From Dudresnaya verticillata (lineage: Eukaryota), in NCBI GenBank assembly GCA_977862235.1, contig OZ374557.1:2170001-2234000 (forward strand): a DNA stretch of 64,000 nt. Direction: 5' to 3'. A model generated the notes under the pieces. That model was not told the DNA's origin. It worked only from the letters and a program-made list of their open reading frames with translations, and did not search any database. Shown piece after piece: positions 50,060 through 62,020 of the stretch (the first letter of the stretch is position 1; each line of letters opens with the position of its first letter). The position numbers and the translations under genes are program-made.

Positions 50060-52043
50060 ATGTTGTGGGGTTCCTCATCACGGCGGTTCGTCACAGACCC
50101 AGGCTCGTCAGATTCTGACATATCTGATGTGTCAGAGCTTGAGGACCGCTCGTGGACTGGCTCCAATCGCATCCAGAATATTCTGTCATACTCCAACCGA
50201 CGATATCAGCACAGGAAAAGGAGGTCGCGGAAAGGATGGTTTTTCGGTCTGTTTGAAACCGTCACCCCTATTGCGAAGCGAAGGTCGACGAAGAGTAATA
50301 GGAAAACCGTCAGCCTTCCTTGTCGTCGGCAATTGACTCAGGAATGCGGTTTGGTACGTTGCATTCATTTCTCGCTAGTACGACACAATACGAGAAGTAT
50401 TTATTTGGAGGCGGAAGGCTTACCATGCTTTGGATTGTTGCGAACGTGCGAATATTGGCCAGCTTTTCTTGGCATTCCTGCTATTCATATACCTCGTTGA
50501 TTTCTTCAATCTCTTGTATCGAGAAAAGAACTTTGTCCATGAAGCCAGTACTAAGGTGTCTTCTTTGGCAGGTCATTCCATGTATCAGCGTGACTTGACG
50601 ATGGCGTCACGACAGGAAAGAGCTTCTGCCAATGATACAGCCAGCCAGACCAAACACTTGCCAAAAGAACATTCTGAGTTTGGAACTGTTCAACGGCACT
50701 CGGGACTAGGAAGCCGTGCGGTAATTGAGCGAAAGCAAACCACATCACACATTACGGGCAGACCAATGGAATCAATAGCAGGGATAGACCCTGGAACTGT
50801 CACAAGAACGGACAGTTCGGGAACTTCTGGAGTCGTCCGAGGACAGAAGGGCACGTATTTAGGACACCCTATGAACAGAGATGTGAATGGCTTACAAGTT
50901 CCTGGTAACACGGGGGTGTTATCTGTCGACTTGGTTAAGAGATACTACCGTAGACTGGTAACAACTTACCTTGAGTCTTTCAAGAATGGAATCTACAGAC
51001 AGATGTTCTTTGATGTTTTAAGGCGTCGTACGTACTCCTTGACACCGCCAGGTGCCAACAAAGGCGCACAGACAATACTCTTTCAAATAATTGATAATAG
51101 AGTATTCATGATGGATCCCTACGAAGTCCCTCGGAATTCGAAGCCCTTCTACAGGACTCGTATAAACCAAGTCATTTGGCTACTGTCGAAACTTACAGCA
51201 GAGAGAAGAATCAAAAACACTGAGTTTCTCATGGCGATTCATGACTGTGTGCAGACTGTGGACAAACCTCATGCGTATCGTGGAGCACATTATCAGGAGT
51301 CTAACCCCGTGTTTACCATAGTCTCCTGCAACTTTTCTGATAATATCCCATTCCCAATGTGGGAAGGAAGCAAACATCGTGATGGTGGTTTCTCAGGCTG
51401 GGATGAAACCGTAAAAAAGTACGCCGAGGACGATACTCCATGGGCTCAAAAGCAAGATCGAGCGGTTTTTCGAGGCGGGAATAGGCCAAGTATGTATTTC
51501 AAGAATAAGTCAGAAGCTGATGACCACTGCCATGACGTTGGTAGGACCCGGCTGCAGTTTCTGTCACAGCAGCAGCCGGATGTTCTTGACGTGTCCATTG
51601 GTGGGACGTGTGGTGGAGTCCGCACTTATCTAAATCGTCTTGAGCCTCGAGAACATCACAAGTACAAGTACATTTTATACGCCGAGGGTAACTGCATGTG
51701 GGCTGATCGGACTCGCACGCAACTTTTCGGGCCGTCAGCTATTATCAAGCAAGAAACGCCATGCGGACAGTTTTTTGAGCCTCTGTTGAAACCACATACT
51801 CATTATATCCCAACAGACTTCTTCTTTTCGGACACAGTGGAAAAGGTGCTGTGGGCACGAAAGAATAATGAGAAGGTGCGGGAAATGGTTTCGAATGCCA
51901 ATGAATTTGCATTCAACTTCCTGACATTGAAAGGAATTGAGGCATACGTGGACGTACTTCTCGAAGAATACACGAAACTCCTCGTTGAGCCTGAGGTCAA
52001 ATTAGAGAGCGGCGCCATGGATGTGACTGATAAGAGGGTTTGA
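50060..52043 (+). CDS. Glycosyltransferase family 90 (CAP10/KDELC/POGLUT-like), probable type II membrane protein
   Basis: Open frame 50430-52043 with PWAQKQDRAVFRG, KYKYILYAEGN..WADR and FFEPLLKPHTHYIP; hydrophobic segment ~50425-50510; 5' extension to ATG 50060 needs two 1-nt homopolymer corrections. Confidence 0.85.
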
Positions 52044-53804
52044 GTCGACCACCGCGACAGAGTCGAGTTTTACGCTTTTGCATGTTGTCGGTGTCATAGT
52101 CTGGAAATGCACAGCTGTGTCGAGAGGGGGTGGGCGGAAAACTGAGACTTTCGGTAGGGGGTAGCTTCTATATGTAGCTTTGGTCGCTGGGAACAGGAAG
52201 TCGGGAATTGGTAGAAAGGGTTTCCCCTCAAGGACCTGTCCACACGGTTTCACATCATATCGTAAACAAACACTTATCGGGTTTTATGAGCCGTGTCCTT
52301 GTTCTAGGTTAGCCCCAACTGTACGTCCTTCGCGTGCCCCTTTAGAGTTCTAGAGGTCAAAGAGGGAGGAAACTTCAGAAATGCACATAACATGTTACCG
52401 TCGATAACCGTATCTTGTCCCGAATCCGGCTCTGGGTGTGACCTGCCCGAAAGCCGTGGAATGCTCACTCTCACTCTAGGTGTCTCACTTCTGGAGCTCG
52501 TTTGGCGGGCCACAAACCAAGTACCGGACAGTTAAAGCTACTGTTCATGGGAATGGTAATGCACGAGCCCGTAAGCGAGCCATGAGCGGATACTCCTCAG
52601 AGCAATGGTGATGGTATATTTGTATTATAAGACATCGCCCCCAGAGCGATAGGAACCACCCATTGCAGTAGATCCCAAACAAGTGCACAATGCAGCAAAT
52701 TCTTCACGTCGAAGCGCACTTCTTCCAAACGCTCCGCTCCAGCGAGTCCTGGGACAGGCTTGCGGGTGGCTCAGATGTATCCCCCATCTAGGGCGTTGTC
52801 AGCGAGCTGGGAATTGCGGCGAAGCCCGCAGAGGATGGCGAGCTTGCTGTTTTCGCCTTCCCGGCACTGCTGTATTTTGCTGGTGTGTGAGATGTTTATC
52901 ATAACTGGCATTCAAGCGTCTCTCAAATGGGTTCTGGTGACGAAGATAATGGCGAGGAGGATACAGGCCTCATGCATGCGCCACCTAGATCATGATACAG
53001 GGCTCTTCCTAGTAAACTACGTTAGCTGATACTTCGACGAACTCGCAAATGAGGGCTCGCCGGTAGAGGTTGCGCCACCTGCCCGAACCGTTACTCGCTG
53101 GCCAGCAATGCCCTTACCTACTCTTCCTCGATCCAGGCCTGTCGATGGGTACCTGCTCGAAAGTCGATGCTCGCGTTGAACAGGAGCGAGCCAGTTGACA
53201 ACCCCGGCCGAGCACGGCTCATTGCGTGTCGCCGTGCATGGCACCACTGACTGCTCTACCCACAGTGTGTAGACAGGGCTGGTATGGCAACTGCCGACAG
53301 GCTCGAGGTGCCTCACTCCCCGGACTACATGTAAGAACGCCAATCTTTGAACAAAGACTTATGTACGCCTTATTGCCCATAAGTTATGGTTAATCCTTCC
53401 CGTTGCTGTCGAGAGACGAAAATGAGAAAAAACGCAGGACGACTTTTGCAACTTGACACTACGACCGAACTCCATAGCTTGAACAAGGTCCTCAGCACCG
53501 CTCGTGCATACACGGCACACCCCGCACCCACGGCACCCCGTTGCGTTGACGCGTTGAGCTGGGTCAAGATGTCATATGCAACTGTGGTGGGAGCTGTAGA
53601 GATCCTAAACTTCGTTCAACTTTTTGATCTCTCGACTGCACTGTCATCTTCTCCTCAACACGAATCCTTCCGCGCTCTGTACTTCCCCGCTTAGTTGTGT
53701 TGCGCATGCCCTCAACTCGTTGTATCCAGCGACCTTTCGATTAGTGGAGCAGAACCGGGGTGACCGTCGCACTAAGGATGCTTGGTCTGGAAGCCGCGAT
53801 GCAG

Positions 53805-53923
53805 CCCCTGGTTTCTTGCTAAATTCACGCTCAGAGGTACCCTTCCCCTGGTTTCTTGCTAAATTCACGCTCAGAGGTACCCTTCCGAAGGGTACCTCTG
53901 AGCGTGCTTCGGAAGGGTACCTC
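53805..53923. repeat. 40-bp tandem duplication fused to a perfect 20-bp-arm palindrome
   Basis: cccctggtttcttgctaaattcacgctcagaggtaccctt x2; cacgctcagaggtacccttc-c-gaagggtacctctgagcgtg (53866-53906). Confidence 0.9.
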
Positions 53924-54057
53924 CCCACCACTACAGCTGTGACATCGTGTACCTTGGACGGCTGGCGTGGAATTTATTTCACGGTTACTTTTCGGAGTGA
54001 CCCTAAATCTGTAGCCGCGAGGCGCCGCCGGGGAATCTCAAATGACCTCGACCCCTG

Positions 54058-54374
54058 TGTAGTAGAATGGCCACGGGGCCAAGTAGAACGGAAACAACCA
54101 GGACACCTGCCCTATGGCCAATACTGTACTAGCTTTGGTAGCTCGGGGGAAAAACGGAGTTGGTAGAGACTTGGGAAAAATGCACAAACCCTAGGGAAAA
54201 GGGAAAAAAGAAGGGCGGCGCTACCCAGCTCGCGCAGAGCTTCCGTCGTGCGGAGACAAGGCTCGTAGAGCGCCTGAAAGGAGAAAAAGGTACGGTGATT
54301 CGGTGTATTCCAGAAAAAAGGGCAAAAGACCCAAACCTACCGTAGGGTTCTATTCAGGAGGCCCCTGCTACTCA
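54058..54374 (-). repeat. Partial LTR of the 32608-33144 type
   Basis: tgtagtagaatggccacgggg...gctacccagctcgc...ctgctactca shared. Confidence 0.85.
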
Positions 54375-54875
54375 CCCCCCCGTGCTGGGCCTCGTTGGTC
54401 AATACCCTCATCCAGAGGTTCGTCACCGACGACTTGATTGCCGACGCGCACAACCGACTGACCACCGCCCGGCATCGGGACGCCGAGTCATAACTCGAGT
54501 TCGACTCTCGTCTATAGGGCTACGCAGATGACTGTGCCGGCGTCTACTAAGACAAGAATGTGGTGAAGTGAGCCGTGGCGCGCATGCGGCACGCCGACGG
54601 TGAGCCAACCGTAACGGGTGATGTGGCAATACGCCACGCTGATGATCTGGCAAGGTGTAACCGTGTCGGATGTTGTTCGCATTGTTGTACGCTGGTACTC
54701 ATTGCTGTACAGCACTGTAGCGCACCAACCATACCGGATTAATTGTAGTGTTTATTCTTTATTTTTAGTGAATATCTGTACAGTATGTAGAGTACTGCGC
54801 CATCCAATGAGAATGCTGCGCATGTCCGCGTCGGAGATTGGGACCAGCAGGGCCGATTCCACTATGGGTCCAGAC

Positions 54876-57800
54876 TGTGGTGCAACGCCAAGGGGCCTCC
54901 AAAACGGGCGCAACCGGCCGGGCCAAGTGGCACAGGCAGCCCAATCAGTGTGATATAACGAAGTCCACGGAGACGCGGGGAAGTTCCGTACTGTAAGGAA
55001 TGGCCTCGGAGCCTAACGAATGGCCTCGTAGCCTAACGGAGAAACGAAAAGGGGTCGTAGCGTGGTAGAGCGGAGCGACCAACACGAAGGACCACGGTGT
55101 CAACGTATTCATGTGCGGAAGGGAGAACTCGAGCGATCGATCACCGGGGATGACTCGGGGTGTGCGGGGCTATCGAAAGCGAGGCTCTAACGTATCCGCG
55201 GTCACGAAGACGAAGACACCGAACTCGAAGAAACAGGCGTTTACCGAAGACGCCGAGGTCCGGGCGCTAGTCGCTTGCCGGAAACCCTCGGAGGTTGTGC
55301 CAGACGACTGGCTAAGTAGTACTACGTGAGCACGAATGCGCGTCAACTCGGGAGACGGTTCGTACTCGAATGATTCGTAACGGCCTCGGTGCCATCGAAC
55401 GGTCGCCTCACGTATGGTGGCGGTTTCGAAGTGCGCCAGCGATGCATACGGAGGTGCGCGTGTCTCGTGGGCCCCGGTGCCGTTACGCGCGGGAAACAAC
55501 GGGAAAGTCACGAAGGTGTCAGCGATTTCGTATCGGGTGCGCACTGTAATGCGAATGCCATCGTGGCGCGCGCGATCACGAAGTCGGATCGGGATTCGTC
55601 CGGAGGTGTCAGCGATTTCGTATCACGTGCGCGCTGTAATGCGAATGCCATCGTGGGGTGCGCACCGTATGCATCGCTGTAATACGTTTGCCATCCTGGC
55701 GTGCGCATTCACGGAGTCATTTCGAAATTCGTATTTCTCGATTATTTTCACGTAGGCCACGGAGTCGTTTCACGGATAGTGTCTATACCACACGGCCCCC
55801 CCTCAAGAGCGAACGTCCCGGTCGCGGGTTACGAATTACGAAATAGCGTGGCCCGGTGTCCCTCGGTGGAGCGCGGATAGAGCCATCCGAGTGGCCTGCG
55901 CGGAGATTGCTTCGAGCTCACGTCGTCGCGCAGCGGTGCCTCGGGGCTTACGAATTTGAATTCGGATCACGTGTGCGATGGCGCCTTCGTATTGGGTAAT
56001 CACGAAGATATTTTTGCGTACGTAGAACGGGTTAGGGCTGCGGCGCCGTCCGTCGACGCGTGCGCACGCGGATCACGGAGACGGGGCGCGAGCCGCGTGG
56101 GTTATTTCAACTTCGTGTTGCGCTGGGTCCGAGCCCCTTGCTTCTCCGTTCAACGCGCACACGCACAACTCACTTCAGCTCCTTGGCTTTCGGTCTTCGC
56201 GGTCCGTTTGCTCCTTCGTGTGCGCTGGTGCGTCCTCTCGCGTCTCTTCGCGTAGGCTCGCTCCGCTCCGTGGCGTTCGTGTGGTTGCTTCGTTGGCCTC
56301 GGTGGTTTGCGGTGGTCGGCTGCGGGTCGTGGGTCTCGGTGTTGGGGCAAGTGTTGCGCGTCCTCCGTGGTTTTCGGTGTTTTTCGCGGTGTTTTTCGTG
56401 ACGAGCTTCGCGTAACGATGTCGGACACGGGTCACGAAGAGGGAAACGGGTCCCAGGGAAAACGTGCGGAGGGCGTTCGTCGCCGCCTCGATGGCTAACT
56501 CGCGGCTGCTACGGCGGATCAGTTGGCTCCGAAGCCTTAGGATCCTTCTTCGGATGTCGCGGGCCCTTCGGGTGGTGACTCCGAATACGTACCGCGGACT
56601 CTCGCGATTCCACACGTTGGGGATATCGGGGCCTCGGAGTCAGCTGGGATCACGGATCGCGATAGTCCTTTCGTAAGTTCGGGCGGCTCGAATCCGCAAT
56701 TCGTGAATCGGGGTTGGCAGCCGAGTGCTTCGTTGGGTCCTCCGAAATTCGGGACAAAGGATGAGAATGCTCCGAGGCTGCCGTCTGCGCAGCTGCGCTT
56801 CGCGTGGGACTAGTTCGCGGTCTCCGGAGTTACTCACGAAGAGGTTGCTGCCTACGATGGCCGTCTTCGTCCGGATCTCGCTCGCTTTCGTGCACTGTGC
56901 GAGGGTCGTGATGATAACGGAGCTGGCGTATTTCACGTATTCTGGCCCCGTGGCCCCGTGTATCCGACTCCAATGGGTCTTCCGTGCGACCTCTCCTACG
57001 TGACCACGGTTGACGAGGTCGCTTACGTAGATGCGTGCGCGCACGTGCTCCTGGCACCGGGTGCGGGTATCTCCGTGGACTCTCCGGTGGTTGCGATTAC
57101 TCGCTTTCGTGATTATCCGGAGTTCGAGTCCGCCGCGGGAAACGTATGGCGTCACGTAGACTCGATTTCGCGCATCCTCGGGGTGCACATCGGTGCCGGA
57201 GACTGGGCGCTATTTCGTGGCGCGGGCTCGATGCCTGATCGCGTGGATACGAATTCGCGTCTCGATGACCGAGTGCCTCTGAGCATGTTCCCGAGTTCTT
57301 TCTGGCTCGATGCTTCGTGTATTCGGGCCCCCGCGGGCTTGGTCGTGCCACCTCCGAGGGTGATTCGTTATTTCAGGCTCGTGGTCGACCTGTTCGCGGA
57401 ACCTACGAAGAAGTGCTTCGTGCGTTTCCTGGATTCCGAATATCGCTTCGAGCTTGGTCGCGCGTTGATTTCGGATGTCACGCAGCGTCAATACGTATGG
57501 GTGCTCGATGCTTCGTTGCGTAGTTTCGTTCGTGATCGTTGGTCGAAGTCGTTCTCCGAGGATGGCGGTTATCCGGATCTTTCGCTCCGGGGCTCGGATC
57601 GCGCGATGCCGTTCACGAAGATACTCGCGATTGCCATCGAGGCTGCGGATTGGAGGGAGCTCCAGTCGACTCGTCACGATTTTCCGACGGGACAGTGGTC
57701 CCAAGTGGTCGGACACGACGTGGGCTCCGGGGCCTGGTTCGATTGGCGACATAACCGTCCGTCACGAGGAGGGCGCGGTCCGCGAGCTGATCCGTTTTCG

Positions 57801-59863
57801 CATCCGAGTGCTGCGGTTCGTGCCATCGGAGGCGAGGTTGGTCCGTTGCCGCGCGTTCCTCGTTCTGTAGCTCCGGTTCCTTCGTCTTTGCTGACTCCGG
57901 GGCCATCTCTTGGCACCGGGGCTGTCGCGTTGGTGCCGAGCGCTTCGGGTTCTTCGATCGCGAGTCTCGACATGCGCTGTCCTACGGATATTCGCAGTCT
58001 CGACTCCGTGAGCGATGCGTGTCGCGAAGCGGGCATCACCCCCGATGGGACTCTTCGACAGCTGCTGGACGATCTCGGCGGAAGTTTCCTTCGCGCGGTT
58101 ACGGAGGTGAGTCGCCTTCGTAGGCAGCTTCGTGATCGGGATGCGGAGATAGCGGACCTTCGTCATCGTATTCGCAACCTCGAGTTGAGCGGTGAGCGGT
58201 CGGCGCGAAGATTACGGTTACCCGAGTTACGATGCTCCACGTTACGGGTCTGGCTCCGGAGGCCCTTCGGGCTTCGGACCCAGCGGTGGCGACGGTTACG
58301 ATGGTCACCGCGGACAATCGCAGACATCGGATCCGTATGCGCCGAACTTTCTTCGCGTGACTCGAGATGAAAACGGAAACGATCCTCGTGATAATCCGCC
58401 TTACGACTCTGCAAACCCGTATGGTCGCTCGTAATTGTACGTATTGTTAGCACCGAGGCTTTCTCTTTTTGCTTCGTAGCTGCGTGGTTTCTTGTTTTCG
58501 GTATCGAGCTCCTTGTTCTCGGAGTTCACGGTGGCGGGGTCTCGGTCTCGTGGTACCGTCTCGAGTAAACGTTTTTCTCTTTCTCGACTTTTCTTTTGCC
58601 TCGTAATGATAGTTACGTAGTTGTTGGCGTCGTAGCGTTAGCTTCGTAGCTTCTCGTAAACGAGCTTCGTTCTCAAGTGTGCGAATCTGTAACTTGTGCG
58701 TGGCGCGGCTTCGTTGCTCTCGACTCCGTGGTCTACGTGATGCGTGTTCCCTTCGCGGAGTTGAGTCATCGAGACTTCGTGAGATATGCGTGCACGGCCC
58801 CCTCCTCAATACGAAGGTGTCCGCGCCGACGTGCTTGGGGGGGTTGGTGGCGGATACGTGCTCCTCGGAGAGCTGCGCGGGTGTTGCGATGACAAGTGCG
58901 TGAGCTCCGGGGCTGGCGCGTGCGAGCTCCGAGGCAAGCGGTCATCGGGCGCACGGCGAGGGGTTGAGTCGGCATCTGCGCTGCTCCGAGGCAAGCGATC
59001 GAGCGACGTTGGCGTGATGCGCGGGTTGTGAGGGATGCGAAGGCGAAGTGCGCGTTGCGGGTGGCATCGGCCTCGGAGTATGACGTCAGGCGCGTATGAC
59101 AAATTACGGATAGGGCACCGTGTCCGTCCGTCCGTCGCGGTGTCAGCCCCTGTAATGCGAGTGCCGCGGTGCAACCGGGTGCGCGCGGTGCGCCTTTGCG
59201 TATTTCACGAGGGGCGCTGAGTTGGGGCGGGGGTGGTCGACACCGCCCGACGGCGTGGAGCGCAACTTCGTGAGGGCAAGGGCTTCGTGATCGCGTCTCG
59301 TTGATGCGGTGGCGTGTCGTCTCCGAGGACCTCGGTGTCGTGCGGCGCGCGGCCGAGAGTGGCGCGGCGGGTTGCCGCCGAGGGTTGCGTTGGCGTGCGT
59401 CGCGTGCCATCGAGAGTGCGCAGCTGCGGTAGCGTCATGTGCGAGGTTGCGGCCATCTGCTCCGAGGCATGCGTGTGTGTCGGGGCTGCGGTCGTGCACG
59501 ACGGAGACGCGTCGTGAAATACGAAGTCGAGGATCACGAAGTTGGGCCGCGATGTGCGCTGAGTGGCACTGGGCGATCGGATGCTCCGAGGCAATCGAAA
59601 TGAGCAGCTACGTAGTGAGCGCGTGGCTGGCGAGAGCGGGGTGTGGCTCCGGGGCCTTTCGAGTGATGAGGGCAGTGCGACGTGCAATCCGGATGAGCGG
59701 GAGCGTTAATCGTGCGACGAATTGCGGAACACGAAGTCGGGGCCACGGAACCACTCGGGGTCCCAGTCGGAGAGCCATTCGTGGGCGAGTAGCACGGGAT
59801 CACGCGGGTCCGCTTGGCTTCGAAGCCTTGCGAAGTAGCGCGAAACGAGTTCTTCGGGCACGT
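54876..59863 (-). mobile_element. 3' part of a minus-strand gypsy element: LTR 54876-55792, PPT 55793-55807, antisense-ORF region
   Basis: tgtggtgc...ataccaca then cggccccccctcaag (reverse-complement PPT as at 14121); interrupts the 54660-54875 repeat. Confidence 0.7.
56418..58434 (+). pseudogene. Antisense accessory ORF (core 56958-58370, frameshifted at both ends)
   Basis: 470-aa frame with PTPMGLPCDLSYVTT, coiled-coil-like VSRLRRQLRDRDAEIADLRHRIRNLE, and a G/P/Y/D-rich tail 58192-58434. Confidence 0.65.
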
Positions 59864-60174
59864 AACACTAATTTCGCCGGCTACAGAATTTCCAAAACAG
59901 AACAGAATTTTTTGAGGGTCGTTGAATCCCGGCGTTCGATAGCGCGTTGGAAAGGGGGCGCTACCCTGAGAATAGTGGTGCAAACAGATCGGAGCAAACG
60001 CAAATAGTTTCGGAGTTATGGGCTCCGGTATATGGGGCCCCCCGGGTCGAAAGTTCCCGAAAGTTGTGATTTTTCCGAAAAGTTTCAATTAAAAATTCTC
60101 CAGAAATTGATTCTGGCCCGTCCCGCCGCCCGCGCCCCCACCCCCCGACCGCACACCGCATTCTGGCGACTTCT

Positions 60175-60298
60175 CGCCGCATTCCGACGCGCTCGGACTT
60201 GGCTTCCCACCGCATTCCGACGCGCTCGGACTTGGCTTCCCACCGCATTCCGACGCGCTCGGACTTGGCTTCCCACCGCATTCCGACGCGCGCTCGGC
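60175..60298. repeat. 33-bp subterminal tandem repeat, ~3.5 copies
   Basis: ccgcattccgacgcgctcggacttggcttccca repeated. Confidence 0.9.
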
Positions 60299-60929
60299 CA
60301 CCTCCCCACGTCCGACAGCCACTCCCACCATCACCCTTCCTGGTGCTGCTACTGGCCCACGCATTCCGCATTCTGGCGCGTGCGCACGCGCTCTGCTTCT
60401 GCCTTGCGCGTAATGAGGCGCGCTTTCCCACCCCCTCCCAGACCCGTAGTGCCGCTCCCCGCCCCAGTCCTGCCTGTGACCGCACTCTGTCTCAGGCTCC
60501 CTGCCGTTCACCGACACCTCGCCGTCACCCTTCCCCGTGCTCCTGCGCACCGCGCCCGGCCGCGTTCTGACACGTCCACATCAAGTTGCCGCATTCGGGC
60601 GCACGGTCAGCCCCTCCCAGCAGTCCCCCGACACGCCTCCCTCACCCCGCTCCCGTGCGGCACGGCCACCCGCATTCTGACCCGTCCTCACAACTGGGCC
60701 CACTACCCGTCCGACCTGGTACACTACCAGGTAGCTAAGCCACTTGCGCACCCGCGGTTCGGACTTAACTTGTGGCGTAGACTGACGCTACAGGCGTCGA
60801 TTTCTCTTGCGGTTCTGCACAATGCCAGCCTGACCCCATTGCATTCTGTTGTCTGCGCCGCGTTTATTGCGCTGCAGCTGAGGACCATGTCATACTTCAA
60901 TGGGGCACATCCCCGATTGTAGGCCGCCA

Positions 60930-61900
60930 AATGGAATGAAGCGCATTGCTGTGCTCATGGGAGAAGGCCACCACTTTACTATCTCTAAAGTTAGCAATCG
61001 CTGCTATCATACTTCCGCATATACAGCCCTTCACAACTAGACAGTTCATTGTTCAGGCTCCTCATGATGCACATCCTCACCTCCGGTTTCATTGCGCGGC
61101 TGTTGGACATGTAGAATTTTTTGCAAAGCAGACGCGTGTAGCGGTCCAGTTGATACGTGTTCTCTCCGCCCCTGTGCAGCGTTTCGACGATCGCGAAGTC
61201 TATAGCATGGGCTGCACCGTGTACGTACTTGCCCCTTCCCACGAGAAAGATTTTCTTCAGCAACAACCTGTACAACTTTTCCAAAGCTTTCTGATGGTGG
61301 GAATGCTCCATCATCGTCTTGTCTGCGTAAAATTGCTGTGATGATTCCCAAGCCATTTGGGCACGATCCAGGTCATTGTGGTTGTCCAGAATGTCATCGT
61401 CACTGCTAGGGCTTTGGTGCGTCCATTTTCGTACCTCACGATTAAGATCTTCCTCCATCCGACGTTTAACGGTGTTGTACAGCTTTTCCACATCCAGAAG
61501 CAAGCCATCCATGGTCTCAATACAGCGGTATTCTGGTCACAGCATATTATGGTGGTGAACGAACACTTCGTTTCATCTCAGCTCTCTTTCCGAAATGGCC
61601 GAGGCCTTTAACTGCGATAGGATCACTGCGTGCCTGGACAATACATGGTCCATCTTTCCACGAGCTCACGGGTGTCCATTTCATATGCGTTGGAGACAGC
61701 CCTGGGCGCACTCCGGTACGTAGTCGATCTATCACTTACTGCCAATATGCCGCAACATTGCCAACAACTGCAGCAGTACGGTACATGTGCCACACTCGCG
61801 ACAGCCTTCCGTGACAGATTCTGTTTGGTGGACCAAATATAACCCCCGCGTTCATAGTACGGCACGTGGAAGCACTGGCGTTATTCGAGTAAATGGTGCC
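60930..61900 (-). pseudogene. Unknown cargo ORF-Y (fragmented)
   Basis: Protein-like ORFs 61623-61865, 61547-61735 and 60991-61512 in series. Confidence 0.4.
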
Positions 61901-62020
61901 TGAACGACGTCGAATTCATGGACCGTGGCGGAAGCAAGACGCAAAGACATGTTCAGAATACAAATGCTCGAGAAATGTTCAATTCGGCCTATGACAATAG
62001 TACTGTACTGACTATAATTC

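Noticed and set aside
52300..53700. Short ORFs downstream of the GT90 gene
   Set aside because: No recognisable domain or consistent frame
58450..59860. Long overlapping Arg/Ala-rich ORFs
   Set aside because: Open on several frames because of high GC/CpG content; no protein-like motifs
60175..60298. 33-bp repeats as a CRISPR array or repeat protein (ORF 60032-60922)
   Set aside because: Head-to-tail with no spacers and no cas genes; lies in a subterminal non-coding region, and the ORF is a GC-rich artefact
61760..61800. SWIM zinc finger in CCSCWQCCGIL
   Set aside because: Lacks the terminal CxH and lies in a fragmented frame
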